Shown here: in pieces, positions 50,610 to 61,230 of the stretch
How positions within the stretch are numbered: the stretch's first letter is position 1
Layout of the letters: each line of letters starts with the position of its first letter
Assembly (NCBI GenBank): GCA_013265495.1
Contig: MU057865.1
Coordinates: 1,054,001 to 1,118,000, forward strand
Direction: 5' to 3'
Source: Vicugna vicugna
Taxonomy: Eukaryota
Length of the DNA: 64,000 bases
The notes under the pieces: model-generated
Told to the model about the DNA's origin: nothing
The model's database searches: none
What the model saw: only the letters and a program-made list of their open reading frames with translations
Translations under genes and position numbers: made by a program

Positions 50610-51075
50610 CAGAGAAGAAGCCAGCCTGAAAAGGCTACAAACTGTGTGATTCCATTCAAATGACATCCTGGAAAAGGCACAGCTACAGAAACAATAAAAA
50701 GATAGTGGTTTCCAGGGGTTTGGGGAGAGGGAGGGGGGGGAATGAATAGATGGAGCACAAGGGATTTTTAGGGTGATGAAATTATTCTGTATGATACTGT
50801 AGTGGTGGCTACATGTCATTATGCATTTGTCAAAGCCCATAGAATGTACAACATCAAGAGTGAGCCCTAATGTAAACTATGGACTTTGGTTGATAATAAT
50901 GTGTCCATATTGGTTCATCAATTGTACCAAATACGCCACACTCATGAGGGATGCTGAGGGTAGGGGAGTACGTATGTGTGGGTGGGGAGGGCTATGCGGG
51001 AACTCTCTATTTTCTGCTCAATTCTGCTGTGAACCTGAAACTTCTTTAAATAAATAAAGTCTATTAAAAAAAAAA
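50610..51075 (+). mobile_element. L1MC1-like 3' end, copy 2
   Basis: homologous to 21206-21651 along its length; ends aataaagtctatt plus poly(A). Confidence 0.9.
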
Positions 51076-51084
51076 AGAAAGATG

Positions 51085-51290
51085 CTTTTTGGTGTCAGGT
51101 TGACTTGAGATTAAGAAGCGGCTATGCTGTTTAGTGGCTGCATGATCTTAAAAATATATGGAACTAGATAAGCCTTACTTTTCTCATTCATAAAATGGGG
51201 GACCATAGTAATACCCACCCTGCTGGGTTGTATATTAAACAAAAGGTGGATCTCAGCAAAATATGTGAACTAAGTAAGTTCTTAATAATA
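51085..51290 (+). mobile_element. MIR SINE
   Basis: ttttctcattcataaaatgggggaccatagtaatacccaccctgctgggttg. Confidence 0.65.
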
Positions 51291-52127
51291 GTCACCTCTT
51301 ATCACACCATCATCATCGTCCTTATTACAAATATCAGTTTTTAAAGAGGCTGAATTAAACATTAAAGAGGTAGACAACTGACCAGTTAGACATTAGACAG
51401 GCAAAGGGCATTTTTCTATATGTGAGAACTCAGCCATTAATAACCAGAATAGAAACTAAAAAATGACACTCACACCTGCTTTATTTTTTTTAAATGGAAA
51501 GAATGTGTACTCCATGCCAGACAGAACTCGATTTAAGTTCTAGCTCTGATAATGAATGCTTATCAGCTTGTATGTCCCTGGTTGGGTCATTTCACTCATC
51601 TCAGTCCCTTCTAGGCCTTACTTAGTTTTCCTGCAGTTCAAGTCAAGAGGCCCCACCATATTGAGTTAAGTGTTGTTTGTAGAAACTAGGAGAGTGGACC
51701 ATTTTTATTTCAGGTAAATCTGAATCTTTCTCAAAATCAGTGGAAGCATATATCCCTTGACATGTTCAGATTTTGTTACATAAGTAAATACTCATTGCTT
51801 GTGGTTTGAGATGGTGACCATATTATATTTCTTATATACATTGTTTTCTTATATATTTTTGTTTTTCTTTTCTTTCTCTTTTTCTACTAGTATGGTTTAA
51901 TCCAAAGGTCAGAGTGTTTTAAAGCAGACAGATCATGTTACTTTTTTGACAATTTCCTTCTTGAACTTTCGTGCTTTGATATGTACCTTTAGGAATAGGA
52001 GTTATGAAGCAGCAGTTTGTTCAATACAGCAGACAGAGAAACAAAAATTAAAGAGAGTAAGAATGGTTTCCCTTGATTATAAAAAAGAAAGCAAGGTTTC
52101 CTTTGATTATTAAAAAAAAAAAATTAC

Positions 52128-52223
52128 CATCTCAGGAGTGCTTGGTGTAAGTGGCTTTCGGCTTTTGGTACGTTTTTGTAAACCAGTGTAGTTGGCTGAG
52201 TTTCAAACTTTGAAGATGCAGCT
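52128..52223 (-). other. candidate 96-nt exon
   Basis: tctcttctgttctatttctgaccag|AGCTGC...GAGATG|gtaatt; open phase-2/2 frame AASSKFETQPTTLVYKNVPKAESHLHQALLR; no recognised homologue. Confidence 0.3.
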
Positions 52224-54260
52224 CTGGTCAGAAATAGAACAGAAGAGAGTTATCCGAGGTCAGAAGCATTATTGAAAACAATCACCTCCCTGGCATTTCA
52301 TTCAGCTTATACATCATAGAAACAAGGGTCAGGCTCTGAAAACTTCACAGAATGTAGAGTTGCTTTTAATATAACTTGACAAGAAGGGAAGTTCTCAAAT
52401 AGCATATCTGTTGTAGTTAATTTGAGTAGATGTTAAAGAACAGATAATAAAACACCTTTGTGTTACTGTTTTTTTACCAAAAGTCTTGGATATGTTGTTG
52501 TATTTCTGAAACACTGCATTGGGTCCACTAAGTACCCAATGTTCAATACAGTGATTATGAGACATATTTCGATTTAAGTTTAATATTCCAACGGAAATTT
52601 CAGATCCAGGCACCAGAGTTAATCTTCCTACAGGCCCAAGTTCTTTAGCACAACAGAAGAGCAGTTCCTGCAGAAAGGTTACCCCATCATGGCAGCCATC
52701 TGGGATGTGAGAGCATCTTGTGACTTATCAGGGGAAAGAAAGTTGTCAAGACTACAAGAAAAAAAAAATTAGACTGAGTGTCTCTGCATAAGGACGTGGC
52801 AGAAATCTCAACAAAATGTGTTAACTAGAATTTCCCAGGCCCTCACAGGGAAGCTGAGAAGGGAAAATTCTGTACTCTGGCTGTGTGAACCTCAAGTGCA
52901 TTCATCTCAAGCACATGACCTTCTTGACTATGTTTCTGAACTGAATCTGTGGGCATCCCCGATCCTTCTTCCTGTCTAAACTTGTCTTCTTAACTCTATT
53001 TCCATTTACTATAAAATTGTTACCCAAAATGATATTTATTTACTTTTTTTTTTAACCTGTGCCTGGAACCTAAACTAAACAGTGTCTATTTGGTTTACCA
53101 TTTGGTTCTGGTTTTTCTAATTCTTAACTGCTGCCACATATCTGAGAGTTACTTTGCTGGATACAATAAGAAAAGAAAAGTGTGAATAATTCCAGGCATG
53201 AGAGACAACAGGAGCCAGTGCGTGGTCATTGAGGCAAGTTGATGTAGCTGAGAGGTAACGCACCTGGTTTGCAATGAGTAAGCTAGTGAGATGCGAGCTG
53301 TGAGATGATTTTCATTACCCCTCACTATCTCCATGTTATGTTGTGGTGATTTGACTTAACTTAGAATAATTGGGTTGACTCACTTCCCTTGAATTTGTTC
53401 AGAGGTTGAAAATACAGCATCACAATATTCTTTTCATAAGTGGTTAATATTCAAACTCATTGCACTACGGTTTTTGTACTTAGGAATATCACCCTGATAT
53501 TATCTGGGTCCTACTTCCCAAGATGTATGGGCATCCTGTCCCTTTACAGTGGTTTGATATAATATCAACTGAAAACTTCAGTGACTTTGGTGGCTATATG
53601 CTACCTGGGCATCCCATGGACATTTTTATCAATAGGAAAATTCTTTCAGGGAGCTAAGGTTAGAACCTCAATCCTGTTGGAAATAACTTAAAGTAATTCT
53701 AACAATCAAGGATTGATGAATCAGGAACAATTTTAAGAGGCAATCTAGCTATGGAAATAGAAATAGTTACTTTTGAACTAAGACAAAGCATTCTGTTTCT
53801 GCCACTGGATTAAAGTATGCTATCCCAAACAGGGGAGTTTTAAAGCTTTTTAAAGCAATGCCTTCAAATCAGCAAGTAAAAGGCTTTTAAAGGAGTAAAT
53901 ATTATTGTTTTCCACCAACGTCAGTGTTGCTAGGAAATTTATTGCAAAACTATTGACAATGTCTCCTGTCCCTGAATTTACAAGCCTTATCGATCCCTTC
54001 CATTTGGTCAGTATATACAGAATCAAATGGAAACTTAGACCATTTTTTCACCTTTTTCGTCTGATTGGCAAATATATTGATTTCAAAGGCATTGTCAGCA
54101 GGGGCTGTCCACAAAATGCGAGGGTCAGCTCTGTGCCTGAGAGCACCCTCAGCCCACGTTCAATGAAAACTTTGTCAAGGCCTTCCACTGTCCCCAGGGT
54201 GACAAATACAAATTCATTTAAGAGAATTTTCAATTCTGAAAGAGTCACTTGAACACATTA

Positions 54261-54594
54261 CAATGGTCAGCAAACTTTTCGGTAAATGGTCAGATAGTAA
54301 ATACACAAATATGGCTTTGGGGACCATTGGCTTAGCTCCATTTACTCCACTCTGCTGTATTAACACAAAGGCAACCTTAGACTGTAGGTAAACAAATGAG
54401 CATGGTCTTGTTTCAAAAAACTTTACTTATAGGCACTGAAATTTGAATATCATATCATTCTCAAGCTTTATAAAATATTATTTTTCTTTTGATTTTTTTT
54501 AATCACCTAAAAATATAAAACATACTGCTAGCTTGTGGGTTGTATAAAAACAATTAGCAAGTTTTCCTTGCGGACCTTAGTTTGCCAATCCCTT
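54261..54594 (+). mobile_element. MER58B-like hAT-Charlie DNA transposon
   Basis: ggtcagcaaacttttcggtaaatggtcagatagtaaata...aaaactttacttataggcactgaaatttgaat...tagtttgccaatccct; TIR remnants at both ends. Confidence 0.85.
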
Positions 54595-54849
54595 ATGTGT
54601 TATAATGTAGTATATTAAAATTTTCTTGCTCTAAGCCCTATGGCAGTTGTAAAACTAAGAGCCATTTTGGGTACATTATATAATAAAAAAAGAAACGTGA
54701 CTCTGTACAAAAGTAACATGTGTAGGCAGAAATGACAATAACACTAAGAACCTTAAGGGTCTAAAATAGTCACCCCAAGTGGTCTCCCATCTCTAGACAA
54801 ATACAGTTATCCAAGGATTACATAGTCTTCTTCCAAAAACCATTGCCTT

Positions 54850-54905
54850 GGGGGAGGGTATAGCTCAGTGGTAGAGCGCATGCTTAGCATACACAAGGTC
54901 CTGGG
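54850..54905 (+). mobile_element. Vic-1-type SINE, 5' half only
   Basis: gggggagggtatagctcagtggtagagcgcatgcttagcatacacaaggtcctggg ends abruptly at the B box. Confidence 0.9.
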
Positions 54906-56841
54906 AGGAGAGAAGGAAGTATTTTCTTAAGTTCCAGGAGAAGGAAAATTTGTGTGTTACAATGTGAGGAGGCACCTCTCTTGGGTTTAGCCTTCCTTTA
55001 AGAAATAAGATACATTCTTAGATCTCCAGCAGGGTTCATTTTCTGGGTCCAAACTAATGTCATTCCCTTCAGTTGGGCATTTTGTAAAATGAACACATTG
55101 CTGAGTCTCCTTCTTATAAAATCTGTATTTTAGGAATAAGTTCTCATCAAGGTGACCTCCTTTTGAATTCCTATAGACGGCGTCACTCATAATCTGTATT
55201 ATTTATTTGGCAAGCTTCCTGGTATTGTCAGATTGTAATGAGGAGAAAGCAAACGAGCACGCCTAACACAAGGCTGGACACTCAGCAAATGCTCAACAAA
55301 TGTCTCTTAAGTTTTATCCTTTCAACAGTGTATCCCAGGTATTCAAAAATGTGTACTTGGCATACCTTAATGAGTCTCTAATGTTGATGATGATGATAAA
55401 AGCATTCCTTAGTCTGTAGCTTCTCAACATTTCAAGTGGCTTGTGTGTGTGTTATCAGAGGGAAGAGCTGACATGAAACAGTCTGATGAACCAGTGACAC
55501 TTCCTTTCCATTTCTAGTATTATCCAAAGAGAACAGTCCTTAAAAAGGAATTTAACATACATATTATTATGACCAGTTTAGCCTTATTTTTTTTTCCTTT
55601 CTCTAGTCCCAATCTCATAGCTTGGATAAAATAACCATAAAGCCATTTATTCTGGTCCTTGACAATGTTATACTGGCTGACAATGGAATAACCCATTGAG
55701 GACTTGAAAAAAATGTGACAAAAAATGGACTCTCCATGTCTACAGAGAAGTTTTTTGAGTTGAAGTTTAACTTCAGAGGTTTTCTGTCAGTATTTCTGCA
55801 TTTCTGGGGCTGGTCTTTGCTCTCATGCTACAAATAGGACAGAGTTCAGAGGAGGTCAGTCTTACTTTCTTCCGAAGCATTTTGCCCAGTCTATAAGTAT
55901 ATTTCTGGATTATAGTGGGTCAAGAATTCCACACAATTTCTAGATTTGATAAACTAAAGTTCAAGACAAAATAGAAACCCATAGCATCTGAAAATAAGGT
56001 TTTGGTCAGCCAAATTATTTTTTTTTTTTTACAAGGCAAAAAATATGATTCTCTTCCATTTTTTTTTTCTTGGCTATATAGTTGTCATGCTCAACTAAGA
56101 GACAGAAACAGAAAGTAAATGTTAATGGAGTCTTATTAGAAGATATTAGAAATGAAAAGAAATATGCCTTCTTTTTACTCTACTGTAAATGCAAATGTTG
56201 TGAAATCTGCAAAGTGTTGGAGGAAATTGAAAAATGTATCCTGTCATCTTTTAAGGAATAAATATGGGGTAAATGAAGAAAACCAATTAAGATACAAAAA
56301 CAGCAGGACTGATGGTTTCAGGCAAGAGATAAGAGATCAAAAGTTTCAGGAAGAGACAGAAAGATCTCTTAGCTTGCAGCAAAGAATAGCATATGAAGGT
56401 CGTCAGCCTTAGCAGAAAGTAACAGGAGGTGAAAGCGTAAAAATTGAAATGAAAGGAGAAAATGACTGTGAACCTTCAGACTAGCTTCCTACTCTTGGGG
56501 AAGTTTTCCTGTAGCTAATGGAGAGCCACAAAAAGAAAGAGACAAAGAAGAAAGGATGTTTTAAGGCTAAATGTTTGGTAAGTGTCCAAGAATCAAATAA
56601 AATAGAAATTTCCAAGTGTTACAACCTAGGAGTTATGTTTTGTTTTCCCTCAAAACCATATCAATCTTTAAAAAAAAATTAAGCAAAAGATCAAAATATA
56701 TTCTCATCGTCTCCAAAAAAACGTACAAATGTACAACCCAGACCACAACCTTTATTTATAGGCTTCTGGCTGAGTATAGAAGCTAAATCAATCCAGTTGG
56801 AAAAGGATTGTTAGAAATCATATTGCCATTTGCACATTCCC

Positions 56842-58670
56842 TGTGGTAGAGGAAAGACAGCCATGAATTATTTGGTACTGCCCTCATTGAGAAACAAGAG
56901 GGTCTATGCTTTGAATTTGGGCAGTTTCCATGACTGCTTCACCAAGAGAACACAGCAGAAGTGATGTTATGCCAGTTTCTGGGTCCAGCCCTTAAATAAC
57001 AGGTAGCTTCCACTTCCTGTTTCTCAGAACACTCTATTTGAGAGTCCTTAGCCACCAGGTGAGAAACCCAATTAACTGGCTGAAGACAATACTGAGAAAA
57101 GGTCTGGGAGTCCACGGAGAAGGAGACAGGCTCCCATCAGCTCCTTCCTCCAGCCGTCCCCACTCTGGTGCTAAGCCTGGCTGGCAGCTCAGCGTCAGCG
57201 GAGCCCTGGGACATGGTCTGGGTCCCAGAATAAGATGAAGTGAAATCACTGCTTGAAGTCATCAAGTATCGGGGTGGTTTCTTACTCAGAAAGAGACAAC
57301 TGGAGTAGAATTGATTCCTGGAAATGGCGTTCCTGCACACAAACCTAAAACATGAAGACAGTAGACGAGAGAAAAGAGGGTCCCCTTTATGTAGTGGTCA
57401 AAAGATTAGCAACACCATTGCCCATGGCAACACGGGAAACAGAGGGACCTAATGAAGTCACGGCTAGAGTTCCCTGGATATTTCACTCGATAGATTTTTC
57501 AGGACAGGACATAGAAATTGCCAACTGAATTTTCCTAGCTGCCTAGGATAAGATACGAGGAAAGAACTAAAGGGCTTGTTAAGTTATTGAGCAGAATGAG
57601 AGGGAATATAAAGAAACCAGGAGTTGAAGGGCTGGAAATAGGAATGTTTCTCATTTCTGATCTCTACTGGGATATAGATTCTCAAAGTAAGAAATGGCTT
57701 TGGAGGAAAACGTCAGATCCAGTGGACTCTCAGAATACAATGGCCTGGTTCTAGAGCTTTCCCTGAGTTGACTGTAAGACCTTATTGCTTCAGAAATCAG
57801 AAAAATTTGAGGGTATCACTAAAAGGGCTTCTAATATTCTTAAAAAATATGCCTTGTAGATGCACAATAGGCTTTCTAAGAACATGAAAGGTGTTGTTTC
57901 ACAGTAGTTTCATTGGGGCCCAAAACCGAGAAGAGCCTAACCTGATAAGATTAAGACTGAATAGATTTTATTTGGTTCATGGAAACTCTCCCAACCTTTT
58001 AAGTAATTATCTAGCATGGACTGAAAAGTACAGAGCTGAGACAAGATTAAAAAAAAATTTTTTTTCAGGCTTCTAATTTATTATGCCAAAAGAAGCTTAA
58101 GAAAATTACTCAGCTCCAAAAAGAGCATTTCTGATGGAAAGCAAAAGATTTTGAATCATCCACGGCAAAAGCCATCGTGACTCATTTCCAGGGAACAGGA
58201 CTGAGGACAAATCAGTGAACTGACAGCATGCACCTAGCTACAATGTGATGAGCCAGGGAGTTTCGTGTAGATCCGAATTCTTCCCTTTCTCAGTGGAAGG
58301 GTCTGTCATAGCCTCTCTCACATCATATGCGATTCATGTAGGGTCAGATGGCTTTTCTTTTAAATGGCAAGACTGAGCACAAGTGAGGTGATGTACAGAA
58401 GTGCCAGCAGCCCCATGGAAAGGCTCATCTGTGGAAGAACAAAGATGTCCAGCCCAGATCTCAGCAGACAGTCAACACCAACTTTCTAGGCGTGTGCGTG
58501 AGCCATCTGGAAATGGGTACTTCAGCCTCAGTCAACTGCCCACCTGATGCCACATGAGGATGAGATTCACCATCTCCCCTGAACCCTGCCCAAATTTAAG
58601 ATTCATATACAAAAGTATTGGCATCATATGAAGCCATTGAGTTTATCATAGAACAATAAGTGATCTGCAC
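56842..58670 (+). mobile_element. MLT1 (MaLR) provirus remnant: LTR, internal region, partial LTR
   Basis: 5' LTR tgtggtag...cagcagaagtgatgttatgccagtttctggg...gacaactggagta (to ~57306); internal region gaattgattcctggaaatgg...aaacctaaaacatg; 3' LTR part ...gtgagccatctggaa...ctgaaccctgcccaaattt (~58380-58670). Confidence 0.75.
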
Positions 58671-60080
58671 AGTTTTATGAGGTTGAGGACAGAATGAATC
58701 TACTGTCTCCAGGACTGTAAGCAGACAAGGCAAGACAGAAAGTCACAAAAAAATGGACAGATCTCCTCATAGACAACACAAATACACAGTTCAGGGAGTA
58801 AGTGGTGCATTGAGCTCAGTGCAGATCACATGATAGTTACCTATGAATATAAGATCATGGATATAAGATGATTCAGAAGTTTTACAACATGCATTGTAGA
58901 TAAAAGGCATTACTATGGTGAAGTTGAAACTACGGCATTAAGTGGTCCTCATCAATCCTTGAAGATCTGAGTATCTCCGGACAATAGGTTCTAAAAATAT
59001 TGGATGCAGCAGAGCAGAAAATCCTCTGAATTGAGAATGGATAGTCCTTACTAAAATAAAAGGAGGAAAGAATGTTCATGAAGAAAAGATATTATAAGCA
59101 ATTCTGGGGTCGAAATGCCTTTGGTAGCAGGCAGAGGAGCTCATACTTGTCTTGAAGAGTCCACTTCCTTAGACGAACGGTAAGAAATGATCTAGAACTA
59201 GAGATTATAGAAAAGCTAGGAGTCAACAAGCTGGAGGTTTTTGAAATGCATGAAAAATGAAAGTGGATTGGGTCTGTGTCCCAGAATAATTTAAAATGTG
59301 CTGTACCTGGGAGTTTAAAGGATAGACTTTATACGCAATGTCACTTCTGCCATTTTTTTTTCTGTGTATGTATGCCATTTGCAGAATTAAGAAAACATTA
59401 GAAAACAAAACAAAAAAAGCCCTTCAAACTACAAATACAGGTCTATTCATTTAAAAATGCTGATTCTTTGAAACCAAAAGATAATTATAATAGGAGAGTT
59501 TCAGGGAAAAATGCATGGCTTTTCATAGCCACATTCTGCCAGGGAGCTGACATGCCCTGTTCTCTCTCTACTACTAAGGTGCATTCTGTTGGGCAGCTGG
59601 ATTTTATTTTATTGCATAATCTGAAGTATATTTGAAGAGGGTATTGAGGGACATACTTGAGATAAGAAAAGCATTTAAATTCGGTCAAGTCTAAGGTGGG
59701 AAGTAAATGTAAACACAAGTGATACATGGTGGCAGGCGTCACCTTGAACTCACTGAGCTCTTTTAGGAACAACAGGCCATTCAAATAGCTTCTCACTGCA
59801 ATCTTTGTATATTTTTTAGTTTAAGATGAGGTGGAGTGAAAAGGTACTCCGTGAAATTTGCAACACAAGGTTCAATTATTGAAAATGCAATGAATTAGTT
59901 TTCTATTTATGAAACAACTCAAAGTCCTGACCCAAATCAACTAAACTAGAGGAATCTAGATGCTCATGTTTTTCTCATGAGTTTTTAAAAATCTCATTAA
60001 AAACACAGCAGAGGGAGGCTAGTGATGGTGTGTAAGCTGGAAGGGAAAGTTTCTTTATCTCCTTTCCATTGTCATATGCC

Positions 60081-60630
60081 TGTTACCGAGTCCAAACTAG
60101 TTCTGCTCATCGCATGACAGGCTAACAAATCGGGAGACGAGATGCTGGGGCAAGGAATAGTGACTTTATTCAGAAAGCCAGCAGACCGAGAAGTTGGAAG
60201 ACTAATATCTTGGAAAACCATCCTGCTTCAGTCAGAATACAGGCTCCTTTTACACACACACACACAAAAAAAAAACAAAACAAAAAACAGGGGTGGGTGT
60301 GTGGTTGGTTGTTGTAAACTTCTTGCTGCAGGAACTCTTTGTTCTTGCAGCCATCCATGTGGGTCAGGCCATGGTGTCCTTGCAAACCTCCAGCAAAACA
60401 AAGGCTATTGTCTATTTTGCAACTTTCCATCTCTACCTAAGTGCAGAAGTGCTGACATCCTTCAAGGTCAGTGCCCTGAGACTAGGTTCTCCCATCTATT
60501 TCAGGCTAAAGGCAACATTGTTTCCCAAAAGGTGCCTAGCTGGCAAGACTGAGCCTGGGAAACAGGGCACAGTGGTCAAGACTAAAGGAGCAGATCCACT
60601 GTGCAGTCAGATTTGTTCTCCTCCATTACA
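60081..60630 (-). mobile_element. ERV1-type solo LTR, family A copy 3 (longest)
   Basis: TGTTACC...TTACA termini, 4-bp TSD tgcc/ttcc, minus-strand AATAAA (gactttattcag). Confidence 0.88.
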
Positions 60631-60849
60631 TTCCTATGTTCCATTCACTCGAATTAATGCACACCCTGTCTCAAATACCCTCACATTCCTTCTCCAGTAT
60701 GACACCTGGAATTCCCTCTTCATTGCTCTCTATATCCTGAAATTGTATCCATAAGATGCAGTGAATGTTCTTCAGACTCTGACAGGGCTGTTGTTCTTAT
60801 AGGATTATTTTTGTCTTCTAAAAACCTGACACATATTATGTATGTGTCA

Positions 60850-61230
60850 TTATTATTTTTAACCTTGTACATTTATTTGATGATTTTCACATGCATCATC
60901 TTCCCAAATACACACAAGCGACAAATGTTTCTGAGAAGACTAAATGGTCAAAAATAGAAATGTACTACAATGAATCAGTTAGGAAATATTTGCTAAAAAT
61001 TTACCCTATGAAATTACTAGGTAGAAGTTGTTTTCTTGCCAGAATTCTCATCTATATCAATAAATATGTGATTTTTTTTTAGTAGTATAAATTTTCTTCA
61101 GTCTGAAGGATACTGGACATAATCCTTTTCTCTGAAGATCATCAGTGTGAAAGTTACAAATGTTATTTTGTTAGTGTTTTAATTTTTTTTTGATTACTGA
61201 GAGGATGAACATTTTTAATGAACTTATCAA
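60850..61230 (-). mobile_element. old L1 (L1ME-like) fragment
   Basis: aaattactaggtagaag...ttttaatttttttttgattactgagaggatgaacattttt resembles the reverse L1 ORF2 3' end; very diverged. Confidence 0.45.

Noticed and set aside
50529..51057. ORF pairs MGFDKCIMTCSH/MHLSKPIECTTSRV repeated at 21215-21638
   Set aside because: Translations of non-coding L1 3'UTR copies
51700..51720. Possible recursive splice site tttttatttcag|gtaaat
   Set aside because: Short pyrimidine tract; such AG|GT motifs are expected by chance in 64 kb
52064..52120. ~30-bp imperfect tandem duplication ggtttcc(c/t)ttgattat plus A-run
   Set aside because: Small slippage event next to homopolymers, unremarkable
60142..60754. 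ORFs similar to those at 2397-2693 and 5163-5510, suggesting a gene family
   Set aside because: Similarity comes from three copies of one LTR family; frames are not maintained between copies
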